A DNA stretch of 34,926 bases, taken from sequence record SRR31156797_15833. One strand, 5' to 3'. The first letter of the stretch is position 1. Every line of letters starts with the position of its first letter. Both the position numbers and the translations under genes were made by a program. The notes under the pieces were generated by a model that had not been told where the DNA came from, ran no database searches, and worked only from the letters and a program-made list of their open reading frames with translations. Positions 17,401-25,499 of this stretch are shown one piece after another.

Positions 17401-17484
17401 CTCGCTTTTGCGACAATTCTTACGCTCTTTTTTGTGCCGGTTATGTATACGGTGCTTTATAAAGTTAAATGGGAAAAGATATAG
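14443..17484 (+). CDS. RND efflux permease (AcrB/AcrD/AcrF family)
   Basis: 1013 aa with 'YPGATPLEVEQEVT', TM4 'ALGMLVDNAIVVSE', 'GMLIKNAIVL' and 'RIRPVAMAALTTILGMAPL'. Confidence 0.96.
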   Translation: MSIAETTIRKKTFFLFLTICLIGIGVLAYQSLGRLENPEYTIKTAVVVTQYPGATPLEVEQEVTDPMERAIQQLGQLDEIRSFSRDGLSFIFVDVKDNFDKNDLPQIWDELRRKVQAGQGDLPPGAGPSIVNDDFGDVFGVFYAFYGDGYNYKELEDYADMLKRELLLVDDVAKVELYGAQTETIFIEMPRVKISQLGISPTQMVQTFQAQNIVVDEGKIQVGDDYISVNTTGIFRTVEEIGDMLIRSGSSDKMIHLKDIAHIYRGYYEPSQTKLRFNGKPAIGLGISTVKGGNVVDMGKAVSKRLSELEPERPIGIERGTIAYQSGTVEKAVNGFVLNLVEAVGIVIVVLLIFMGLRVGLLIGAILLITILTTFIFMNATGVTLQNISLGALIIALGMLVDNAIVVSEGILIKIQMGRDRLEAATSTVQETMWPLLGATVIATMAFVAIAISNDSSGEFLISLFQVIGSSLMFSWVFAITLTPLFCYMVLRPKKGGAVEDPYAGGIYTAYKKMLSLMIHYRWVTIGVMAACFVVAIYGFGFVKQSFFPESTRPQVMINMWMKEGVHIDTTEKVVMKAEKDLSQLEHVEDVISFVGEGALRFLLTYDVEQNNPAYAQMILSVDDYKAIDSMIPQIKKYYFENVPEVQISIKKFQLGPGSSSKIEARFSGKDPQILRELSEKAQAVMRADPKSDFVRDDWRQKVKTIDVNLAEAQAKSAGITRSMINDAIKSSFSGVATGLFREGNDLIPIVFRSPESERSNVDSLMDVQVFSTLHGKYVPIQQVVESIETGYSDSVIRRKNRARTITVKNDPREGTADALFKRIRGGVEAIELPDGYALEWGGEYESSGDAQKKLMANVPGAFLVMVLIMVLLFNRMKQPVIIVLLLPLALVGVSAGLLIMDKPFGFMSLLGFLSLSGMLIKNAIVLLDQIDIELRGGKEQLNAVVDASVSRIRPVAMAALTTILGMAPLVVDAFFSSMAVTIMFGLAFATILTLFFVPVMYTVLYKVKWEKI

Positions 17485-17530
17485 ATATTGTTTCCACAAT
17501 CTCCTCGACGCACATGTCACTGGAAACAAA

Positions 17531-17558
17531 AAAAGGGCATCCATAAGGGTGCCCTTTT
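17531..17558. terminator. Bidirectional intrinsic terminator between the RND operon and arsR
   Basis: AAAAGGGCATCC-ATAA-GGGTGCCCTTTT between convergent genes. Confidence 0.85.
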
Positions 17559-17580
17559 ACATTAGTGAGGAGAAACAGTA

Positions 17581-17910
17581 TTAAACTGTAGAATCCTGAT
17601 TATTTTTGATAAATTCCTGGTATCTCTCCTGATCGATGCATTTGAGGAGTGATTTCACATATTTTGCCTGCATAACGTAAAGGGTTTTGCGTCCCTCTTT
17701 ATAAGGCTTAATAACGCCAGCTTTTTTGAGGATATTTAAGTGTTTTGTTACGTTTGATCTCTCACACTCGAACTCTTCTTCAATCTCGTGGCTGTATCTC
17801 GGTTCCATGCATATCATTCTCGCTATCTGCAACCTCATCGGGTTGGCCATAGCCTTGAAAAATTCCAGTAAATTATCAACTTCTTCTTCGGTACAATCTC
17901 TAAGTGCCAT
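17581..17910 (-). CDS. ArsR/SmtB-family transcriptional regulator
   Basis: 'FFKAMANPMRLQI...ERSNVTKHLNILKKAGVI...EGRKTLY' winged HTH; four Cys. Confidence 0.9.
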   Translation of the reverse strand: MALRDCTEEEVDNLLEFFKAMANPMRLQIARMICMEPRYSHEIEEEFECERSNVTKHLNILKKAGVIKPYKEGRKTLYVMQAKYVKSLLKCIDQERYQEFIKNNQDSTV

Positions 17911-17944
17911 AATAGTAAACCTGAATGCTATTTATTTTGTATGT

Positions 17945-18973
17945 TTATACATTATCGAAACAAGTGTCAATATAGTCAATCGCTTTTTGCGCTATTTCAA
18001 GATGTTTATCACTAAAATTATATTCTTTTGATGGATTCATCACTTTCGGCTCATAGTCAGTTACGCCGTGGTCTTTGGCGTATTGCATAAGTTTTTCCTG
18101 CATATCCTGACCGTAGTGAGCGACATAAGCTTGTTTTTTTACAGGTCTGAGGTCGTGTGCGACACGCTCGTAAAGGTATTTCCACCATAAGATAGCTTTT
18201 TCGTAATAGTCCATCTCTGCCCATTCTTCCTTAATTACTAATCCGTTATAGGAGAGAGTTGAGAACCATAGGTCGGGAACTTTATCATCGTCTGCATTTT
18301 CCATCTTTTTAAAAGATTCTGCTGCGTGCAGTGGGTTTCTGACTGTTATGAAATATCTTGCGTCTTCACCGAAAATACCGTTGTAAAGCGGCATGCAGAA
18401 ACTGCTGTTAATGCTTTTAAGTACAACATGCGGGAGGTCTTTCTGAGCTCCAGCCACCCAGACAAGGTACTGGCTAAGGTCGAACATTGTGCGTTTGAGG
18501 TATGCCGGATTATTGGAGAAGTGGATCTCTCCGCCTTTAGGTATGGCATCATGTGTCATCGATTGGAGATAGTCTTTGTGCTCATACCCATGTATGCGGC
18601 ACAGCTCGCTTAAAACATATGAGCCACCGGTACGCATGTATCCGAGAACAAATGAGAATTTCTTTCCACCGAGAAAGCCTTTTGAAACCCATCCCGTTTT
18701 GTTTTGCATCATACCTATGAAAACGTTCGTAGCGGCCTGCAGGAAGTCCATCATCCTCTTTTTACCTTCTGGCGAGGCGAGATAGTCAGGTATCCTTATC
18801 AGCTCCTGATGAAGGTGAGCATAAAGCTCATTGCTGATATTGTGCCCTGATAAGCCTCTGGTGTCCCATTCTTTTTTAGGTGTGACACCAACAAGGTACC
18901 TCATAGAGGAGTTATGCATAACCAGCTCTATATTGTTAAGGTTCGCAACAAATTTGCTTTCGTAATTAGACAT
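17945..18973 (-). CDS. Sulfotransferase-fold (PAPS-binding P-loop) protein of unknown substrate
   Basis: 'FVLGYMRTGGSYV' fits the 5'-phosphosulfate-binding loop and 'FITVRNPLHAAES' fits the 3'-phosphate-binding motif (RNP....S). Confidence 0.65.
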   Translation of the reverse strand: MSNYESKFVANLNNIELVMHNSSMRYLVGVTPKKEWDTRGLSGHNISNELYAHLHQELIRIPDYLASPEGKKRMMDFLQAATNVFIGMMQNKTGWVSKGFLGGKKFSFVLGYMRTGGSYVLSELCRIHGYEHKDYLQSMTHDAIPKGGEIHFSNNPAYLKRTMFDLSQYLVWVAGAQKDLPHVVLKSINSSFCMPLYNGIFGEDARYFITVRNPLHAAESFKKMENADDDKVPDLWFSTLSYNGLVIKEEWAEMDYYEKAILWWKYLYERVAHDLRPVKKQAYVAHYGQDMQEKLMQYAKDHGVTDYEPKVMNPSKEYNFSDKHLEIAQKAIDYIDTCFDNV

Positions 18974-19005
18974 ACTAATTACCTAACATTATCAGGACTG
19001 TATGT

Positions 19006-21126
19006 CTATCTGTTTGTCATATCACTTAGAAATTCAGAGAGGTGCACAGCTTTAACTTTGCTCTCCTTCTTACTGAGCCCTCCGCCAATCTGCATAACGC
19101 ACCCCGGACAGTCGGTGATGATGACATCTGCTCCTGTCGCTTCGATGTGGTCAATCTTCTTCTCGAGCACACCTTTTGATACTGTGGCGAAATCAACAGA
19201 CCAGCTTCCACCGAAACCGCAACAGACATCTGAATCCTCCATAGGTATGAAGTTATCTCCGAATACTGCTTTTAAGAGAGTTTCAGCACCGCTGCCAAGC
19301 CCTCTCTTCTGGTGGCAAGGTGTGTGGTAAGTCACTTTCAGGTCTGTGCCGGATTTAAATTCAATTCCCTCTTTTTCAAAGAAATTGGCCGCAGAAATTA
19401 TCTTTCCACTGATAGCGCCTGATTTCTGGAATAGCTCAGGGTTGTCGTGAGTGTAATGTGTGTAGTCCTCTTTGATGGCGAGACCACAGCTAGGGCATAG
19501 TACCAGATAAGCGTAGTAGTTATCAGGGCTTCCCATAAGAGCAAGGTTTGTTTTAATGGAGTTCTTGCCGCCCTTACCGTCACCTGCGTGTATGGCAGGC
19601 AGCCCGCAACAGGCAGACTTATCTGGTGTATCAACGATATATCCGTTAGCCTCGAGCATCTTGACTAACGCCTCGCCCATCTGAGGGAAGAAGTATTCCA
19701 CAGCACAACCAGGGTAAAAGAAGACACGCTTGGCATCTTTTTTGTCAATAATTGCACGGTTTGCATCTATGTCAGTAAAAGTCCTTTCAGCGATAGCAGG
19801 AAGGTGTCTGAAGTTTTTCTCGCCCATGAAAGGGATGTCTTTTATCTTGCCGTCTCTCGCTATTAAGCCCTGAAACATTTCGCCCATCTTCATGGCAGAG
19901 CGGAACCTGTCAGGATTGGTAAGCAGGTGGGAATATATCGCTGTGCGCAGGAATCCGAGACCAAATTTATCTCCGCTGTAGACGTTAAGGTCTGCTATAA
20001 GCTTTTGAAGGTCTATCCCTGATGGGCAGTTGAAAGAACAGGCTCTGCATCCGATGCACATCTTTAAAATCTCTTTCGCTTTCTCTTCTCCGTGGAACAT
20101 AGCTGTGAGGATTAAGCCTATTGCACCTATGTAAACGTGTCCGAATACGTGACCGCCTACCATCTCATAAGCCGGACAGATATTCGCACAGCTTCCGCAT
20201 CTCATGCACTTGAGAGCTTCTTTAAGTATTGGGTGTTCCATGAATGCGAGCCTTCCGTTATCGAGGAAGATGTAGTGGACTTCTTTATTTCCAGTTGTAT
20301 TTTTGACAGACTGGTTCTGACCTTTGATCCATGTTACATATGTGCTTATGTTTTGCCCTGTAGCACTCTTTGGGAGCATACGGACGATTTTCAGCGCTGT
20401 TTCGAAATCTTCGATAAGTTTTTCATAACCGACAAGTACAAAATGAACAGGGGGGACAGTTGCGCTAAGGCGTGCGTTACCCTCGTTAGTCACAGTGAAG
20501 ATTGTACCAGTTGATGCAATGGCGGCGTTTGCTCCTGTGAGACCTGCGCCAGCTTCAAAGTATGCTGAGCGTAGCTCCTCACGTGCTATTTTCACCATAG
20601 CGTCTATATCTTCTTTATCTACCTTGCCGCCCAGTTTCTCTTCGAAAAGCTCGGCTACCTGTCCACGTGTTTTGTGGATAGCCGGCATAACCATGTGTGA
20701 TGGATGTTCTTCTGAAAGCTGTAAAATCCACTCACCAAGGTCTGTCTCTACGGGGAAAATCCCTTCGGCTTCGAGGTTTTTGTTAAGGTGAATCTCTTCG
20801 GATGTCATAGACTTGGATTTTACCATCGTTTTGATGCCTTTCTCTTTGCACACTTTCGCTATGTATGAACAGGCGTCATCTCCGGTTGCCGCCTGATAGA
20901 CAGTGGCTCCGGCGTTTTCAGCATTCTCTTTGAACTGGCGGAAAAGTTTCATCACTTTTTTACTATCCAGCTCTTTCAGCCCACTCATCTCTTCACGCAG
21001 TTCGTCAAAGTCCAGGTCTTTGTATGCGTTCGCTTTTGCTGCTTTATAAGCTGTGGCGAAATTTTTAAGGTTCTGGTAAAGGAGCTTGTCGTTCAGTTTC
21101 TCTTTGATCTTATCTTGAATACTCAT
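19006..21126 (-). CDS. ldhH: L-lactate dehydrogenase large Fe-S subunit (LutB/LldF domain fused to CCG domains; LdhH-type)
   Basis: LutB motifs KSKSMTSEEI, ETDLGEWI, PSHMVMPAIH and TNEGN; two 4Fe-4S motifs (CMRCGSCANICP, CIGCRACSFNCP); two CCG domains. Start placed at MSIQDK. Confidence 0.9.
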   Translation of the reverse strand: MSIQDKIKEKLNDKLLYQNLKNFATAYKAAKANAYKDLDFDELREEMSGLKELDSKKVMKLFRQFKENAENAGATVYQAATGDDACSYIAKVCKEKGIKTMVKSKSMTSEEIHLNKNLEAEGIFPVETDLGEWILQLSEEHPSHMVMPAIHKTRGQVAELFEEKLGGKVDKEDIDAMVKIAREELRSAYFEAGAGLTGANAAIASTGTIFTVTNEGNARLSATVPPVHFVLVGYEKLIEDFETALKIVRMLPKSATGQNISTYVTWIKGQNQSVKNTTGNKEVHYIFLDNGRLAFMEHPILKEALKCMRCGSCANICPAYEMVGGHVFGHVYIGAIGLILTAMFHGEEKAKEILKMCIGCRACSFNCPSGIDLQKLIADLNVYSGDKFGLGFLRTAIYSHLLTNPDRFRSAMKMGEMFQGLIARDGKIKDIPFMGEKNFRHLPAIAERTFTDIDANRAIIDKKDAKRVFFYPGCAVEYFFPQMGEALVKMLEANGYIVDTPDKSACCGLPAIHAGDGKGGKNSIKTNLALMGSPDNYYAYLVLCPSCGLAIKEDYTHYTHDNPELFQKSGAISGKIISAANFFEKEGIEFKSGTDLKVTYHTPCHQKRGLGSGAETLLKAVFGDNFIPMEDSDVCCGFGGSWSVDFATVSKGVLEKKIDHIEATGADVIITDCPGCVMQIGGGLSKKESKVKAVHLSEFLSDMTNR

Positions 21127-21131
21127 ATTTA

Positions 21132-21611
21132 TTACCTGTCTGTCAGAATATATACATACATTTCGCACGGACCGTGCACGCCTATGGTGAGAACACGCTC
21201 AATGTCTGCTGTTCTGCTGGCTCCTGTGATGAAAGCTACAAAAGAAGCATCGCCCGATGTACGTTCCTCAAGAAATGGCGCAATATCTATCAGCTCGTCT
21301 TTGATTTTTGAAAGCGGGAGTATAACATGGAGGTCTTCTGCGAGGCATGTAGCCATTCGTAACTTTTCATCTGAGCTGTCTATGACTACTGTGCCTGTTT
21401 CTGCTATGGCGAAATCCGCTTCGACAATGGCTGAGGCTATGCCGTCTTTGTCGATCTTGCAGTCAGTTTTACTAATCTCAAAAATTGTACTGTTAATATA
21501 AGGTGAGTTGAGGTCGCTTATAACCTCTTTCATCTCTTCTGTGGTGAGCTGTTTATTTATGTTGCTTACCAGAGAGGAATTGGCAAGAAAAGTGTCGATG
21601 GAAGCACTCAT
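21132..21611 (-). CDS. lutC: Lactate utilisation protein C (LUD domain; LldG/LutC)
   Basis: 'ADFAIAETGTV' and 'FITGASRTADIERVLTIGVHGP'. Confidence 0.93.
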   Translation of the reverse strand: MSASIDTFLANSSLVSNINKQLTTEEMKEVISDLNSPYINSTIFEISKTDCKIDKDGIASAIVEADFAIAETGTVVIDSSDEKLRMATCLAEDLHVILPLSKIKDELIDIAPFLEERTSGDASFVAFITGASRTADIERVLTIGVHGPCEMYVYILTDR

Positions 21612-21629
21612 TATTCTACTCCGTTAAAT

Positions 21630-21670
21630 TGGTAATACCATAATTTAGATTAGTTAGTTGCTATAGTCAA
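21630..21670 (-). promoter_or_regulatory. Promoter of the lutC-ldhH operon with FadR-type operator
   Basis: Minus strand TTGACT (21670-65), 17 bp, TAAATT (21647-42). The palindrome TGGTA-A-TACCA (21630-40) covers the start region. Confidence 0.8.
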
Positions 21671-21806
21671 CTTGTTTTATATTCTTGGTGATGTTAACAA
21701 GAGTTGTTTTGTGTGATTAGATGGCTTTATTTATAGGGTTTTTGGTTATTTATGGTAGTTAACTTTTTTAATTTATATTTTATCATATGCTCAAAATAAA
21801 ATGCTG

Positions 21807-21848
21807 TTGACTTTTGGCTTTAGCTTTGTTTATATTGGTAATACCAAT
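21807..21848 (+). promoter_or_regulatory. Promoter of the glcD operon with FadR-type operator
   Basis: TTGACT (21807-12), 18 bp, TATATT (21831-36), overlapped by the perfect palindrome ATTGGTA-A-TACCAAT (21834-48). Confidence 0.85.
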
Positions 21849-21887
21849 CGTGAAGTGGAATATATAAGATACAGACAGGAGATGTAA

Positions 21888-23264
21888 ATGCTCTCAGATT
21901 CAGTGATTAAGAAGTTCAGAGAGATCGCAGGCGAGAACGTCTGGGATAAAGAGCACGATGTGATGTGCTACAGCTATGATGCGGCTTTTGGCGACCCTTG
22001 TCCGCCGGATATAGTGGTCAAGCCGGAAGATTATGAGCAGATTAGCCAGATTATCAAACTTTGTAACGCTGAGAACATTCCACTCATTACCAGAGGCGCA
22101 GGAACAAACCTTTCAGGTGGAACTGTACCTGTTGAGCGTGGCGGTTGTGTCATGCTTACGACTTCACTCAATAAAATACTCGATATCAATACAGAAGATA
22201 TGTATGCGGTTGTTCAGTCCGGTGTTGTTACTGCTGACCTTGCTGCTGCTGTTGCTGCGAAAGGTTTACTTTATCCGCCAGATCCGGGCAGTATGAAATC
22301 TTCGACTATAGGCGGTAACGTTGCAGAGAACGCTGGCGGGCTTCGTGCTCTTAAATACGGTGTGACTAATGACTACCTTATGGGAACCAAGTTCTTCGAT
22401 ATGGAAGGGAACATGATCATCTCCGGCGGTAAAACTGTGAAGCTTGTGACGGGCTTTAACCTGAACGGGCTGATGGTTTCATCAGAAGGTCTGCTTGGCG
22501 TTATGGTTGAGCATATAATGAAGATTGTTCCGCCGCCACAGGCTAGCAAGCCTATGATGGTGCTTTTCGATGACATAATGAATGCCTGTCGGGCTGTTTC
22601 AGGCATTATAGCAAATAAAGTCACTCCGGCTACGCTGGAGCTTATGGATAGCTTCACAATCAAAACAGTTGAGGAGTCTTCAAAGATAGGACTTCCTACA
22701 ACGGCTGATGCGCTTCTCCTTATTGAAGTTGACGGGCATCCGGCTGCTGTTGAGGACGAGTTTCAGATTATTAAAAAGGTCTGTGAAGAGCTTGGCGGTG
22801 AGGTGCATGTTGCAAAAGATGCATCTGAGCGTGACAAAATCTGGGAAGCGAGACGTAAAGCTCTCTCCAGCCTCGCAAGGCTTAAGCCGACACTCATCCT
22901 TGAGGATGCTACGGTTCCTAGAAGCCGCATCCCTGAGATGATGGAAGCTATTAAAAATATAACTAATAAATATGATCTTACTATAGGAACTTTCGGGCAC
23001 GCTGGTGACGGTAATCTACATCCGACAATCCTCACTGATAAGCGTGATAAGGCGGAGATGGAGCGTGTTGAAAAAGCTATAGACGAGATTTTCGATGCGG
23101 CACTCAGCATGGACGGAACCATCAGCGGAGAGCACGGCATAGGCTCAGCTAAAGCTAAATATATGGTTAGAGAGGTAGGGCAGGGGACGATCGACTTTAT
23201 GCGCAAGCTTAAGGGTGGTCTTGATCCTAAGAATCTACTTAATCCACATAAAATGGGACTTTAG
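21888..23264 (+). CDS. glcD: FAD-linked 2-hydroxyacid dehydrogenase subunit (GlcD family; D-lactate/glycolate dehydrogenase)
   Basis: 'RGAGTNLSGG', 'YPPDPGS', 'TIGGNVAENAGG', 'KYGVT', 'GHAGDGNLHP', 'ISGEHGIG' and 'LDPKNLLNPHKM'. Confidence 0.93.
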   Translation: MLSDSVIKKFREIAGENVWDKEHDVMCYSYDAAFGDPCPPDIVVKPEDYEQISQIIKLCNAENIPLITRGAGTNLSGGTVPVERGGCVMLTTSLNKILDINTEDMYAVVQSGVVTADLAAAVAAKGLLYPPDPGSMKSSTIGGNVAENAGGLRALKYGVTNDYLMGTKFFDMEGNMIISGGKTVKLVTGFNLNGLMVSSEGLLGVMVEHIMKIVPPPQASKPMMVLFDDIMNACRAVSGIIANKVTPATLELMDSFTIKTVEESSKIGLPTTADALLLIEVDGHPAAVEDEFQIIKKVCEELGGEVHVAKDASERDKIWEARRKALSSLARLKPTLILEDATVPRSRIPEMMEAIKNITNKYDLTIGTFGHAGDGNLHPTILTDKRDKAEMERVEKAIDEIFDAALSMDGTISGEHGIGSAKAKYMVREVGQGTIDFMRKLKGGLDPKNLLNPHKMGL

Positions 23265-23429
23265 ATGTTAACTCTCACATCTGATAATGCACATGAGGTG
23301 CTTCACGTAGCGAACTGCGACAGGCTTAGCCAGAGTAGCGCTGAGCGAAATGTGAACGAAGCCTGTACTTGTTCAGGCGCAGTGGTAGCAAAAAAACTTA
23401 CAGACAAGTTTTTTTGTAAGGGCAAATAG
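23265..23429 (+). repeat. Structured palindromic insert that is also a 54-codon ORF, flanked by TAGATG direct repeats
   Basis: Several inverted repeats. ATG directly follows the glcD TAG, and its own TAG directly precedes the glcF ATG. Only one copy is visible here, so repeat status is inferred. Confidence 0.5.
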
Positions 23430-24668
23430 ATGGACGATATAATCAAGGAACTGAAAGAACTTGAAGAGATGATGATGCAGTGCATGAAGTGCGGCACATG
23501 CCAGGCTGACTGCCCTCTTTATCGCACTGATCAGAAGGAATCCTCAGTAGCCAGAGGGAAGATATCCCTACTTCAGCAGGTTTATGAAGGGCGTATAGAA
23601 GATGCCGGCGCTATCCTTGAGCATATAGATAAATGTCTACTCTGCGGACGATGTAAACACATCTGTCCTTCCGGAGTGAAGACAGATGAAATATTTCTTA
23701 AAGGGCGTGATGTCCTTAGAAAACTTAAGAAACTTCCTAAATGGCAGAAGCTTGTTCTTAAGCTCGCTATGGAGAAGCCGGAGCTGCTCGGAAGTATGGC
23801 TCCGCTCATGCATATGGGGCTTAAGTTCGGCAGTAAAAAGATAAAAGACGACGTGTTCAGACCGATGATACCTATGCTTAAAGGGCGTAGTGTTGTTTCG
23901 ATTAAGCCTGAACCGTTTTCAGCAAGATATAGTGGGATACACCACACAGACAAAGAGATGAAGCACAAGGTGTTATTTTACCCCGGGTGCGCCATCAATT
24001 ATATTTTTACCGACTGGGGCGAGGCGATCATTAAGATCCTGAATCACTTCGGTGTCACTGTGGAGGTTCCGGATGTGAATATTTGCTGTGGAATACCAGC
24101 AGCATCTATGGGGGATCTTGAGCTTTATAAGAAGATGGTCGGGGAGAACCTCGACATGTTCGAAAAGAGTGACGCAGAATATATCATTACATCTTGCCCT
24201 ACTTGTCGGTACGGTCTTTATGAAATGGGTGAGAAGCAGGTCGGTCGTAAACCCGAAGCTGAGGTTATGGATATACTTGTATTCATTGAAGAAATTCTTC
24301 AAGTATCTATCGATAGCGGTCGTAAAGGTAAGGCTTCTATCCACTACCCTTGCCACTATCAGCCAGATAAGAAGGGTGTTGTCGAAGATGTACTCTCGAA
24401 GAATACTGACCACGAATATGTTGAGCTTGATAATCAGTCGTGCTGCGGATTTGCCGGAACATTCAGCATGAAGCACTACGACAGATCAAAGAAATTTGCT
24501 AAATCGAAGATGGACGAAATAAAAGACAAAGAGATCGAAACACTTTATTCACCTTGTCCCGGTTGCGCTATGCAGCTTGTGGATGGTGCTGCCGCATCAG
24601 AGATTGACCTTAAGGTTGAGCACCCTGTGCAGGCTTTGTATGAAAAACTCAAAGGTGAAAATGAATGA
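23430..24668 (+). CDS. glcF: Fe-S subunit of 2-hydroxyacid dehydrogenase (GlcF family)
   Basis: CMKCGTCQADCP and CLLCGRCKHICPSGV ferredoxin motifs; two CCG domains (YPGC...CCG...SCPTC; PCH...CCG...CPGC). Confidence 0.9.
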   Translation: MDDIIKELKELEEMMMQCMKCGTCQADCPLYRTDQKESSVARGKISLLQQVYEGRIEDAGAILEHIDKCLLCGRCKHICPSGVKTDEIFLKGRDVLRKLKKLPKWQKLVLKLAMEKPELLGSMAPLMHMGLKFGSKKIKDDVFRPMIPMLKGRSVVSIKPEPFSARYSGIHHTDKEMKHKVLFYPGCAINYIFTDWGEAIIKILNHFGVTVEVPDVNICCGIPAASMGDLELYKKMVGENLDMFEKSDAEYIITSCPTCRYGLYEMGEKQVGRKPEAEVMDILVFIEEILQVSIDSGRKGKASIHYPCHYQPDKKGVVEDVLSKNTDHEYVELDNQSCCGFAGTFSMKHYDRSKKFAKSKMDEIKDKEIETLYSPCPGCAMQLVDGAAASEIDLKVEHPVQALYEKLKGENE

Positions 24669-25381
24669 AATTCAGCCAAGTTAAACAGAAGAAAATCAGC
24701 GATATTATATATGAGCAGATCAAAGAGATGATACTCGATAATAATCTTCCGCCGGGTGAAAAACTCCCTCCGGAGAGAACTCTTGCCACTCAGATGGGGG
24801 TTTCGAGACCTTCACTGAGAGAAGCACTGCAAAAGCTTGAGATACAAGGGTTTCTTGAGCAGGTTCAGGGCGGTGGAACCTATGTTAAATCGATTACCGC
24901 CGGCAATCTTGAGAATGCTTTTGAAGAGTTCATCAAGCAGGATGACGCCCTCGGGCAGCTTATGGAAGTTAGAAAAATACTTGAGACATGGTCTGCTAGA
25001 ACAGCAGCAGAGAGGGCTAACGAAGAAGAGATAGCCCAGATGGAAGGGTATCTGGCTCAGATGAAAGAGGCTCTTGATGATTCAAAGCTCGGTTATGTTC
25101 CCGATGCGAACTTTCACAAGACAGTCTCCTACTCGACTCAAAATCTTCTGCTGATTCATATCATGAACAGTATTTACGAGTGGATAGAGAAGGTCAGCTT
25201 TGAAGTTCGTTCGAAGCTTTTCAAAGACCCGACAAAATTTGAAGAGCTATATAATCAGCACGTCGCAGTTTTTGAAGCGATAAAGAGTAAAGATGCCGAC
25301 GGCGCTTATGAAGCTATGCTTGTCCATATGGATTACATCATGGCTGAGATTGCTGAGATAACAAAAGAAAAAGTGGTGTAG
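24665..25381 (+). CDS. GntR/FadR-family regulator (LldR/LutR/GlcC-like)
   Basis: 'PGEKLPPERTLATQMGVSRPSLREALQKL...QGGGTYV' plus FCD domain ('DANFH', 'QHVAVFEAI', 'AMLVHM'). Confidence 0.93.
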   Translation: MKFSQVKQKKISDIIYEQIKEMILDNNLPPGEKLPPERTLATQMGVSRPSLREALQKLEIQGFLEQVQGGGTYVKSITAGNLENAFEEFIKQDDALGQLMEVRKILETWSARTAAERANEEEIAQMEGYLAQMKEALDDSKLGYVPDANFHKTVSYSTQNLLLIHIMNSIYEWIEKVSFEVRSKLFKDPTKFEELYNQHVAVFEAIKSKDADGAYEAMLVHMDYIMAEIAEITKEKVV

Positions 25382-25499
25382 CAGAAGGGTAAATAGCTAC
25401 AAGTAATTTAGAAACGTTATGGATTATGTCCATATTGCATAAAGTTAGTATGCTCGAAAATAGCTTATGCTGTTTTAAAAAAACTATAAGGAGAAGGGT

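Noticed and set aside
17499-17506. ATCTCCTC in the RND 3' UTR is complementary to GAGGAGAT in the candidate sRNA
   Set aside because: An 8-nt SD/anti-SD-like match is expected by chance and is not evidence of targeting.
21126-21168. Longer ORF-track start for ldhH (likewise 2090 for HDOD, 8754, 13376, 33881 and 34510)
   Set aside because: The extensions overlap neighbours or lack an RBS; downstream starts fit RBS position or domain boundaries better.
22229-22258. GCT-rich run (ACTGCTGACCTTGCTGCTGCTGTTGCTGCG)
   Set aside because: Alanine codons within glcD, not a tandem-repeat locus.
19006-24668. Possible selenocysteine in the CCG domains of LdhH or GlcF
   Set aside because: Both ORFs are uninterrupted and have Cys at the motif positions; no internal in-frame TGA.
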